A DNA stretch of 64,000 nt from a virus (Duplodnaviria > Heunggongvirae > Uroviricota > Caudoviricetes). Shown here one piece after another: positions 28,764 through 36,725 of this stretch. How positions within the stretch are numbered: the first letter of the stretch is position 1; every line of letters starts with the position of its first letter. The stretch lies in the IMG/VR virus record IMGVR_UViG_3300017650_000009; one strand, written 5' to 3'. The position numbers were made by a program, and so were the translations under genes. Below the pieces are notes generated by a model, which saw only the letters and a list, made by a program, of their open reading frames with translations, made no database searches and was not told where the DNA came from.

Positions 28764-28985
28764 ATGAAGGTTCGTGCAAGCTTTGCTCATGCATTTGCGC
28801 TAGTTAGCTCGAGGGGTATCATGTTTATGGATACCCCATCTAACGAAACACTTGCGCCGATTGTGGCAGGAATCCTCATTGAGGAGAAAGGTTATCCCGA
28901 GACAACCCATGTAGAAATCGATGGTTCAGATCCAATGGATCTCGTACTTGTGGTCGACTCTAATGGTTCTTGGGAACTAGTTTAA
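28764..28985 (+). CDS. hypothetical protein
   Basis: Follows the previous gene directly. Confidence 0.5.
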   Translation: MKVRASFAHAFALVSSRGIMFMDTPSNETLAPIVAGILIEEKGYPETTHVEIDGSDPMDLVLVVDSNGSWELV

Positions 28986-28988
28986 GAG

Positions 28989-29068
28989 TTTCTGGTAGTT
29001 TAAATGTCGCGTAAAAACACCCGCCACGCAGTGGGAGTTGTGGGTTAGCGTAACCACCCAGAGAGCCA
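28989..29068 (+). pseudogene. degenerate tRNA-like element
   Basis: TTTCTGG/CCAGAGA-G-CCA acceptor; 6-nt anticodon loop; aberrant T-loop. Confidence 0.5.
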
Positions 29069-29072
29069 GTTT

Positions 29073-29166
29073 TGTTGAGTGTAAATGAGGTTCACTGCAG
29101 GAGCCAAGTTAAGCAAATTTGGGTTGTCGACCCCAATTGTAGGTGAAAATCCTACCTCAACAGCCA
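29073..29166 (+). pseudogene. degenerate long-variable-arm tRNA-like element
   Basis: TGTTGAG/CTCAACA-G-CCA; T-arm GTAGG-TGAAAAT-CCTAC; poor anticodon stem. Confidence 0.55.
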
Positions 29167-29369
29167 AATAAAGGTTGACCCCCAAGGTGGTGTCAATTAT
29201 ACAGGATTAAGCAACTATTTGGAGAAGGGGTGTCCCTTAGCGGGTAACACTTTTCTTCCCTAGGAGAAGTTCGAAGGAGCAGATGGACATATAGGAGCTA
29301 CGGTTGCTATATGTCGTAGGGCATCCGGTGCAATCCCCCTTGCACCCCGGTTCTCCAAGTAGTTGTTAA

Positions 29370-29629
29370 CAAGTAGTGGTGTAAACGAAAGTCAGTAGGA
29401 GCTATCATATAAGTTTGGTGTGATGTCGGATTAGTATGTTTGTTGGGTAACAAACGCAAAGGCTTTAAAAACGTTGAGTCGGGGAAGTGCCGAACAGGCC
29501 CAATAAAAGGAAACGCCGAGGGAATCCTCTCATTAAGGGTAGTGACGAAACCGAGTAGGTGGTAACACGCCGGCATTGCATTTGCGTTTGGAGCCGGAGT
29601 TCTGGGATCGTACCCCAGCATCTTGACCA
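29370..29629 (+). ncRNA. tRNA-Pro-like scaffold with large D-loop insertion
   Basis: GTGT/ACAC D-stem spans about 180 nt; CCGGC/GCCGG anticodon stem; T-arm; CCA. Confidence 0.5.
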
Positions 29630-29641
29630 ACAAATGAGGCA

Positions 29642-30301
29642 TTGATGACTAAGAACCCATATTTTGATGGAAACGAAATATCGTGGTTCTATCAAGTTTC
29701 CGATAAGCGTACCCCAAAGGGATTGCCCACGTTAACATCGGCTGTGAGTAGTCACATTCGAATGTTTGATATCGTGAAGAAGCGCATTGATGCGGGCAAT
29801 GATGTTTTTGTCGCACTTGACGAGTTCAACTATAAGGGTCAGTATCGGTTAAGTCGAATAACGCGAACCCCTCCAGTGGAACGTCGACCTCGTTATAACA
29901 AGCTCGATGGGTGGAATGACATCGCATCGAGAATGGGTGATAACATGGTGCAGTTGGATTATTTGACTGAAAATCGGCCATACTATCGTCCGTATGTTCA
30001 ACAATTGTGTTCTTTGCGGTTTCATATCCTTAAGCCGGAACAACTTTTGGATTCATGTGTTTGCCGTTTCGGCTACACTATCAAACGTGGATCGATTGTT
30101 GTCTCAGAGAGATCAAAAGTCCCATACGTGCAGGTGACCCAAATATACGAGCTAAACGGCAAAGTTTATCTTGAGGGTTATTCGGTACTTGAGGATGGAA
30201 GTTTAGATCGTCTTGTCACTGCAATGCCTTTGGCCTCGACTACATTGGCTTGTGAAGAGATTCACAGGACGGTAATGATGCATCGTCTTTCGACGGAATA
30301 A
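29642..30301 (+). CDS. distant paralog family A protein
   Basis: CRFGYTIKRGSIVV...; ends VMMHRLSTE. Confidence 0.6.
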   Translation: MMTKNPYFDGNEISWFYQVSDKRTPKGLPTLTSAVSSHIRMFDIVKKRIDAGNDVFVALDEFNYKGQYRLSRITRTPPVERRPRYNKLDGWNDIASRMGDNMVQLDYLTENRPYYRPYVQQLCSLRFHILKPEQLLDSCVCRFGYTIKRGSIVVSERSKVPYVQVTQIYELNGKVYLEGYSVLEDGSLDRLVTAMPLASTTLACEEIHRTVMMHRLSTE

Positions 30302-30350
30302 TAGGAGACTACACTTGCAACGGGATTAGTCACCCCAGCGCACTGTAGTC

Positions 30351-30463
30351 GCAAATGGATAGTTGGGCGTTCTCACAAGTCATGGACTCTGAGTTCGTTA
30401 CACAAACAAAGTTTCGCTAATGTGGTTGACTCCCGCGGAGAACCTTTGTGGAAGTCCATTTGT
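30351..30463 (+). ncRNA. structured RNA of unknown family
   Basis: GCAAATGGA/TCCATTTGT terminal stem; GTTCTC/GAGAAC. Confidence 0.45.
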
Positions 30464-30479
30464 AATTTTGGAAATTATA

Positions 30480-31064
30480 ATGCCAGCGAAAAAAGAATAT
30501 AACTGGATTGAAATACAAAAAGCGTATGATTCGGGAGATAGTTGGAGAGTATTAACTCAAAAATTTGGTGTTCATGCCCCTACAATTTCAAATGCGATTA
30601 AGACCGGGCAATTTGTAAGTCGTAATCCAAAAGAAGCACAAAGTGGACGAGAAAGTCGTCCACATACTGAACTTACAAAACAAAAAATAAGCGCAATTCG
30701 AAGAAAATTTATATTTGAAAATCCGGACAAAGTTCCGTATAAATTAAATCATTCTTCGAAACGGTCATGGTTAGAAATAACAACTGAAAATGCATTAATT
30801 GATTATGGACTAAAAGGATTTGAAACTGAATATCAAAATGGCCCATATTCATATGATTTTGCATGGTCAGATGTAAAATTGGATTTAGAAGTAGATGGTA
30901 AAACACATTTACAACCTAAAGTCCAATTAATTGATAAACGACGAGATGAATGGTCAAAATCGCAAGGATGGACTGTTTTAAGATTTTCGTGGTTAGATAT
31001 CCGAAACAACTTGACACAAACAATGGAAATTGTTAAGGTGGCTTTGGATAGATTGCACCAGTAG
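30480..31064 (+). mobile_element. DUF559/Vsr-like (EDxHD-type) homing endonuclease
   Basis: YSYDFAWSDVKLDLEVDGKTH...DKRRDEW...GWTVLRF; N-terminal HTH; stop lies inside tRNA-Lys. Confidence 0.8.
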
Positions 31065-31129
31065 CTCAGAGGTAGAGCGGCAGTCTCTTAAACTGATGGT
31101 CGGAAGTTCGATCCTTCCCTGGTGCACCA
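31055..31129 (+). tRNA. tRNA-Lys(CTT)
   Basis: Cloverleaf, CCA. Confidence 0.95.
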
Positions 31130-31145
31130 AACAAAGGAGAATAGG

Positions 31146-31376
31146 ATGCCATTTATAGTTGCAAATACCGTATATGAGGAAACCTCAGATACAGACGTTG
31201 CAATTTACGATGTGACGATGTCGCAATTCAGAGAGCTTATTCGGAATAAGGATCCAGAAACTGGGTTCGTTGGTGAAGATCAGCTTTCATTTGCTTTTGA
31301 CGATCTCGCATATTTGGATCCGAATGTACCATTTACGGGAAAAATAGAAGCAGTGATGACTTTCTATATTCCTTGA
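31146..31376 (+). CDS. hypothetical protein
   Basis: AAAGGAG SD. Confidence 0.6.
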   Translation: MPFIVANTVYEETSDTDVAIYDVTMSQFRELIRNKDPETGFVGEDQLSFAFDDLAYLDPNVPFTGKIEAVMTFYIP

Positions 31377-31556
31377 TTACGAGTTGAGGTGATTCTCAAC
31401 TAGGGGTTACTCGTAACGCCTCGAATAGAAGGGTTTGATCGGCCCAAATGAATTACGCCGGACCCCGGATGGGGATATGCTAGGGTAAAGCAGGAAGGGC
31501 AAAAGAGTGGAGGAAACATATTCGTTTCCATTGAAGCTTGTTTCCCAGCCCAACAT

Positions 31557-31630
31557 GATGAGGTGCTCAGAATTGGTTATGGTGCTGCCTGCAAAGCAGT
31601 AATATGTGGGTTCGAGTCCCACCCTCGTCT
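31557..31630 (+). tRNA. tRNA-Cys(GCA), CCA not encoded
   Basis: Loop CTGCAAA, U73. Confidence 0.88.
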
Positions 31631-31635
31631 CTAAT

Positions 31636-31710
31636 GCCTGACAATGGTTTAACTAGCCCCGTCTTACCGTCTGGGAAAGTTGGTGGGTTCGATTCCCCTG
31701 TTGGGCACCA
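31636..31710 (+). pseudogene. degenerate tRNA (Val TAC-like loop)
   Basis: Acceptor stem, TTCGATT loop and CCA; distorted D and anticodon arms. Confidence 0.5.
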
Positions 31711-31800
31711 CTAATATGCAGGTAGTCACGCTTGGGAAACCACGCTGCATAATGCCCACCACGAAACATTTGTTTCGCAAGGTCTAGTACACCACGGTAA

Positions 31801-31999
31801 GGGGAAGTGACAGCCATTTATTTGGCACAAACCGTAATTTATTGTCCTGCGGTTTTAAAAGATGTGGGTGTGAAGCGGTATCTGCAACTAGTTTGTTTGA
31901 CCCGTGCCCTAGGATCCGCGGAGCGCCTGTTGTGGCCGGGAACGTAACGTTCAAGTAATAACAGCCCTGGTAGCGGCAGGGCACCATAGAGCTTCCCCA
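31801..31999 (+). ncRNA. structured RNA of about 200 nt, unknown family
   Basis: GGGGAAG/CTTCCCC terminal stem; GTGCCCT/AGGGCAC. Confidence 0.45.
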
Positions 32000-32006
32000 A
32001 GGGGAT

Positions 32007-32085
32007 GGACCAGTAGCTGAGTAGGTTGTAGCGGGAGACTTTTAATCTCTGTCATACGTCAGTTCGAATCTGACCTGGTTCACCA
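32007..32085 (+). tRNA. tRNA-Lys(TTT)
   Basis: Loop CTTTTAA, CCA. Confidence 0.9.
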
Positions 32086-32352
32086 ACAAACATATTGCAA
32101 GTCAGCCACTTCTATGCTTGAATAATAGTGGGAGGACTACAATATGGATTATACAACATTTCTAACAATCGTAATTGATACCATCTTGGGGAGCTACTTG
32201 ATACTCGGAGCCGCGGCAATCGTAGGGTTCATTTATCTCGTAGGGATGATTGCAAAACACTTATAATTAGCAAAAAACGTGCAATTGATTTGCACGTTTT
32301 TCTGTTGCTTTGAATTCCTTTTGTTATAAATATCAGCAAAAGGAGTTCCAAC

Positions 32353-33009
32353 ATGAATCGTAATGATGATATCCGAAATATAATGAAGCTTGTGGAATCT
32401 GCACCGAATGTTATGATTCATGAGGCCGACTTAAATCAACTCGCATCTTTCGTTGATAAAATCATCACTGCGATTAAGAAAGAAATTGATGCTGATCCAA
32501 CAAGTGGATACGCTGTTGTTGAATATCAAACAGATGTAATGCCACAGGAACTTCTAGCATATGATGATCCTCTTTGGGATGAACTAATCGCGGCAGGATG
32601 GCCTAAAAACCCAAAAGGTGAATTCAAATTCCTTAATAATGCGTTCAAGGAAAAGTATGGTCTTGGACTATATGCGTATGCGGATAAAGCAGAGAATGAA
32701 GCTCACGATGCGGATGAACAATCCATACGCCCAGAGGATAGTGCTATCTATAAACTGATGGGCCAAAAGATGACCGTAAAGGTTTCACCCAAGTGGGCGG
32801 CAGAGAATCTAACCTTTTACGTTAGTGGGCAGAAGCTAGTAGTGGTCGAGCGTGATAGTTCTAATTTACCTGCGGCTGTTTTTGGTAAACCATCACTAAC
32901 AGCGTTGGGCCTTTCAAAGGAAGACTTAGCTGAATGGCTCATCGATCACGGAATTAAACAAAGTAAACGCCCCAAAGCGATTAAGCGCACCCCACCAATG
33001 TACGACTGA
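32353..33009 (+). CDS. probable late or virion-internal protein
   Basis: TATAAATA upstream; MKLVES, IHE motifs. Confidence 0.65.
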   Translation: MNRNDDIRNIMKLVESAPNVMIHEADLNQLASFVDKIITAIKKEIDADPTSGYAVVEYQTDVMPQELLAYDDPLWDELIAAGWPKNPKGEFKFLNNAFKEKYGLGLYAYADKAENEAHDADEQSIRPEDSAIYKLMGQKMTVKVSPKWAAENLTFYVSGQKLVVVERDSSNLPAAVFGKPSLTALGLSKEDLAEWLIDHGIKQSKRPKAIKRTPPMYD

Positions 33010-33159
33010 TAGGAGGCACTGATGGAGCATTGGCCTCTTCTCATTGAACTAGGTGTGGGAATAGGGGTCATGGCCATCATGTTTCTCATTTTGACTTTTT
33101 TGGAAAAAATGTAAAATAGTGGTTGACTAAAAACCGATCCTCGCTTATATTACAAACAT

Positions 33160-33272
33160 AGTCGGAAACAACAAGTGTTGTTACAAGCTTTCGCCCCTCG
33201 AAAGAGTATGGGCCGAATGGAAGTAGTAGTTTGTGAGAACTCACAAATATCCTAGTAACGTGGGATCCGACT
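33160..33272 (+). ncRNA. structured leader RNA of a tRNA operon
   Basis: AGTCGGA/TCCGACT stem begins right after the promoter. Confidence 0.5.
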
Positions 33273-33436
33273 AAACAGTTTGGGATTAGTTAAGTTGAGC
33301 TTTGTCTCCTTCTATTCCCCTTTTTATTAACCCCTCGGGGTTTACGGAAGAGGTGGTGCAGCCCCGAAAGGACACGCACCACCTGGGGGTGTGCCCCCGA
33401 AGATTCGAGGCGCTCAGTAGCGACTCAAACAGTTAT

Positions 33437-33515
33437 AGCGGAGTAGAGAAGCCTGGTCATCTCGTCAGCCTCATAAGCTGGAAATCGTTGGTTCGAATCC
33501 AACCTCTCGCAACCA
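33437..33515 (+). tRNA. tRNA-Met(CAT), initiator-like
   Basis: 1x72 mismatch, loop CTCATAA, bulged C in acceptor stem. Confidence 0.85.
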
Positions 33516-33537
33516 ATTATCGGAGCAATCCGATATA

Positions 33538-33706
33538 TACCGGAAGGTGTTATTTGAGGAAAGCTTGGTGTCGAAAGCCAAGTGAGGGACGGTTCAAGTA
33601 CGTAACATGGAAACCCCAAGTACTCAAATGTATCACGTATCCTAGTTGAGTCGGCGCTTTTAAATGACTCTTAATGTGAAAGATGTTGTGACTTTCACTT
33701 CCGGTA
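33538..33706 (+). ncRNA. structured RNA of unknown family
   Basis: TACCGGAAG/CTTCCGGTA stem plus at least four internal helices. Confidence 0.5.
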
Positions 33707-33889
33707 ACAAATTCCAACATATGCGTAAAAGGTCTCAATGACATCGGTAAAGGTACGGCCGAACCCGACTAGATGACCGCCGTTCAGCCTCTATGTTGGT
33801 GATCGAACAGGACTTGTGGAGCGAGTCCTTAGGATGGTTCAGACGCCGGATGTACGCGATGAACCATCCGCAACAAATTAGGAAATCCA

Positions 33890-34084
33890 ATGGATTCTAA
33901 AACCAAACAAAGCATCCTAGACGCTTTGGAGCGCATACGTAAGGAAATCAATACGCCTGAAAAGGCACGGGAATTTCTCTATTCTCGATTGGGAACACAC
34001 AACCGCGATGGTTCACTTTGTGAGCAATATGGCGGTGAACGGACTGACCCCGATCATCCAGTCCATGTGAAAAAGGATGGTTGA
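33890..34084 (+). CDS. small hypothetical protein
   Basis: AGGA SD; TPEKAREFL...GTHNRDGSL. Confidence 0.6.
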   Translation: MDSKTKQSILDALERIRKEINTPEKAREFLYSRLGTHNRDGSLCEQYGGERTDPDHPVHVKKDG

Positions 34085-34131
34085 CATATATGGTCTCCTG
34101 TTGTAGGCAAGGACAAGAAAGGAGATCAAAG

Positions 34132-34299
34132 ATGACATACAAAGGTGAACTAGACGATGTGAAGCCAGGCGAAATTGGTGCTGTTAATGCTCCAGAGGAA
34201 GCCAAAGTGAACCATTCGGTTCTCTCCACAACGTTGATTTTCGGATCGCCGATTGCGCTAGTGTTTGCGTTTATCGCATACAATGGATTTTTCGGCTAA
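34132..34299 (+). CDS. small membrane protein
   Basis: AAAGGAGATC leader; C-terminal TM segment. Confidence 0.6.
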   Translation: MTYKGELDDVKPGEIGAVNAPEEAKVNHSVLSTTLIFGSPIALVFAFIAYNGFFG

Positions 34300-34305
34300 C
34301 ATACT

Positions 34306-34380
34306 GCTCCTAAAGCATAAATGGCGATGCACCGGATTTGTAACCCGGAGAAGTCGGTTCGATTCCGGCTGGGAGCACCA
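34306..34380 (+). tRNA. tRNA-Thr(TGT)
   Basis: Cloverleaf, CCA. Confidence 0.93.
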
Positions 34381-34395
34381 ACAGAGGTAAGGCAT

Positions 34396-34611
34396 ATGGG
34401 TTATCGCAATATTGAAGTAAACGGCAAAATCTACCAGTATGTGGTAGGAAAAAAGAACGTTCACATCAAGGGGACTGGAGTTAAACCCGTTAATTTGCCT
34501 CGTGAACACTTGGGCGATCGTGTTTGGGTTCCATTGGAAAATGGCAACGGATATAACGAATACAAGGTCACTCCGAGTCATATTAAGGACGTAATTCTAC
34601 GTCGTATGTAA
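34396..34611 (+). CDS. hypothetical protein
   Basis: GAGG SD; YRNIEVNGKIYQYVVGK. Confidence 0.6.
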   Translation: MGYRNIEVNGKIYQYVVGKKNVHIKGTGVKPVNLPREHLGDRVWVPLENGNGYNEYKVTPSHIKDVILRRM

Positions 34612-34631
34612 TGAAGGCACTATACTCGTAA

Positions 34632-34819
34632 CGCTATACGCTTGGTAACTTTCGTGGAAAGAAGTGTAGCTAACTTCGGACCAAGTTTGGTAGTTTAATG
34701 GCAAAATTCAGAACGTTTGGGGTTCAATTCCCCTCGGCCTCGCATGAGGCAGCAGGTTGCACGGGAGAGATACAGGTTTCGAAATCCTGTTCATTCTGAG
34801 AGTTGCCAAGCGTATAGTG
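34632..34819 (+). ncRNA. RNA with 19-bp terminal stem enclosing tRNA D-loop and T-loop motifs
   Basis: CGCTATACGCTTGGTAACT/AGTTGCCAAGCGTATAGTG. Confidence 0.6.
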
Positions 34820-34904
34820 TTACAGCGTCCAACGGCGTTACCGCTGGGGTAGGTTAACCGTTAGCACCAAAGACTAACGCCGCAACTATGGTAAGCGGCA
34901 CAAT

Positions 34905-34981
34905 GCCCGTGTAGTCCAATTGGTAGAGGCGTCGGTTTCAAACTCCGAATGTTAGCGGTTCGAGTCCGCTCATGGGTACCA
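34905..34981 (+). tRNA. tRNA-Leu(CAA), short variable loop
   Basis: Loop TTCAAAC, A73, CCA. Confidence 0.82.
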
Positions 34982-34993
34982 AAATACAATTAT

Positions 34994-35068
34994 GCTCCCA
35001 TAGTTTAGGGGTAAGAATGCTGCGTTCTCAGCGCGGAGACAGGGGTTCGACTCCCCTTGGGAGTACCA
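34994..35068 (+). tRNA. tRNA-Glu(CTC)
   Basis: Cloverleaf, CCA. Confidence 0.93.
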
Positions 35069-35090
35069 AATATATTAGTGGTGATTTTGA

Positions 35091-35516
35091 ATGCAAATGA
35101 AACTCGAAGACCGTTTTATGGGTGAATGTTCAGGTGTAAAACCATTTGACATAGAGTTATTTGTTGAACAAAATCTCATGGCTAAGGATGCAAATGTTGA
35201 TCCACGTAATTTCGTGTATGAGCAACGGGTAATTCGTCCACGACACATAATCATGCTATATGAGTGCATTAACACTTTGTCTATGACAAATGAAATTTAC
35301 TCCGTAACTGGTCCTGCATTTTTGTTTGATGGGGTAAATCTATCAGTGAATTCATACAGATCCCCAACGTTTGAGGATCTGCTCAAGCACCTTGAAGATG
35401 CAGCTTTGCAGAATCGATATTTGTTTCTATATTCGGTAGAGACAATTCGAATTATTGATCCAATATCATTTGTTCCAACTTCGGGATTCATTTGCCGTTT
35501 CGGCAAGCACAACTAA
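35091..35516 (+). CDS. hypothetical protein
   Basis: 141-aa ORF between tRNAs. Confidence 0.55.
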   Translation: MQMKLEDRFMGECSGVKPFDIELFVEQNLMAKDANVDPRNFVYEQRVIRPRHIIMLYECINTLSMTNEIYSVTGPAFLFDGVNLSVNSYRSPTFEDLLKHLEDAALQNRYLFLYSVETIRIIDPISFVPTSGFICRFGKHN

Positions 35517-35526
35517 ATAAGCAAAT

Positions 35527-35601
35527 GCTACAATAGCACAGCGGTAGTGCACTCCATTGGTAATGGAGAGGTCGCGGGTTCGATCCCCGCTTGTAGCACC
35601 A
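35527..35601 (+). tRNA. tRNA-Thr(GGT)
   Basis: Cloverleaf, CCA; TAAATA just upstream. Confidence 0.95.
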
Positions 35602-35759
35602 ACAATAGGGTCAAGTGACTGGTTAACCATGCAATGGGTTGTAATGGCAAGCGCCTTGGGACAGCAGACCCGACCATAAAGAATGCAAAAGTCTTTTCCT
35701 ATTGTTCTCTTACTTGACAGAACACATACCCATGTTATGTTCCAAATGAAGGAGCAAAC

Positions 35760-36329
35760 ATGATCAAAGTGGCATCAAATTTTCTAGAAAAGTTACGCCT
35801 GTGCGTAGAAGCCCATGATATGGATGCTGCGGTTCAAACCTGTGTCAAATACTTTGACAAATATAATAGTATGGGGAATGGAGTTTCTCCGGCGTGGCAA
35901 CGCCATTTTGAGCATTCTTCAATGGTTGAACGTACTTTGGTTGGCTCACTTAGTTACTTCGTGAAATCATCTAGATATCTAGAGGATGCATGGAATAACC
36001 CTTATAATCGACCAAATCTCCATTACAAGCAATTATCCGAATTGCATGAAATAGTTAAGAACCTCATCAGGTTCAAAACCCATTTCGAGCTTACTGTTGG
36101 GATCAACGTTACAATACCATTTTTACTTCCAACAGTTATTCGTATGCTTGAAGATTCTATCGATCAACTTATTTGTCGAGCGAACCAAGTCGATGATGAT
36201 GGCCGGTTCTTTGGATCTACCAGTACGAAAAGTTTTGTGGAAGTTCTTGAACAGATTGATTTTGCGCCACAAGAAAAACTCTCAATCAAACTACAGCGTC
36301 AAATGGTGCTCGCAAAGCTATCGGCTTAG
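35760..36329 (+). CDS. hypothetical protein (AKL tail)
   Basis: Promoter and AAGGAG SD; ends RQMVLAKLSA. Confidence 0.65.
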   Translation: MIKVASNFLEKLRLCVEAHDMDAAVQTCVKYFDKYNSMGNGVSPAWQRHFEHSSMVERTLVGSLSYFVKSSRYLEDAWNNPYNRPNLHYKQLSELHEIVKNLIRFKTHFELTVGINVTIPFLLPTVIRMLEDSIDQLICRANQVDDDGRFFGSTSTKSFVEVLEQIDFAPQEKLSIKLQRQMVLAKLSA

Positions 36330-36610
36330 AAACCTTTAGCCTCGGCATATCGAATCCGAAAGTAGATTACAAACTCGGTTGCCTCTTGAGGCGTCATGTT
36401 GAACCATTCACCCTTAGTACGTTTGTAATTGAGCTCAGTATGGATTTTCTTTTCCAACTTGTGTACGATAGTCGCGTCTATTGGTTCTTTATGATGAATT
36501 CGTAGACGTTTAGGGTGCCCCGTTTGCAGGTTCTTTAATCGACGTTCTGGACTTTTACTAAGTCCAATTTTTTGCTCTCCCTCGTCGGGACCAATAACAT
36601 AGATAAACAT
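36326..36610 (-). CDS. GIY-YIG superfamily (T5orf172-like) protein
   Basis: IYVIG...KIGLSKSPERRLKNLQTG...LEKKIH...GEWF. Confidence 0.85.
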   Translation of the reverse strand: MFIYVIGPDEGEQKIGLSKSPERRLKNLQTGHPKRLRIHHKEPIDATIVHKLEKKIHTELNYKRTKGEWFNMTPQEATEFVIYFRIRYAEAKGF

Positions 36611-36725
36611 GTCTGTATTATACTTGGGAATGCATAGGATTTAAATATTTTATTTCCCAAAATAGGTTGATTATGATGGATAATCTGCTATAATAGCGCA
36701 TCGAATGGATAGGAAGGGAACAAAG

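Noticed and set aside
34905-34981. Opal suppressor or Sec tRNA (TCA) reading of the TTTCAAAC loop
   Set aside because: Symmetric stem register gives loop TTCAAAC with anticodon CAA; the D-loop and A73 are Leu-type.
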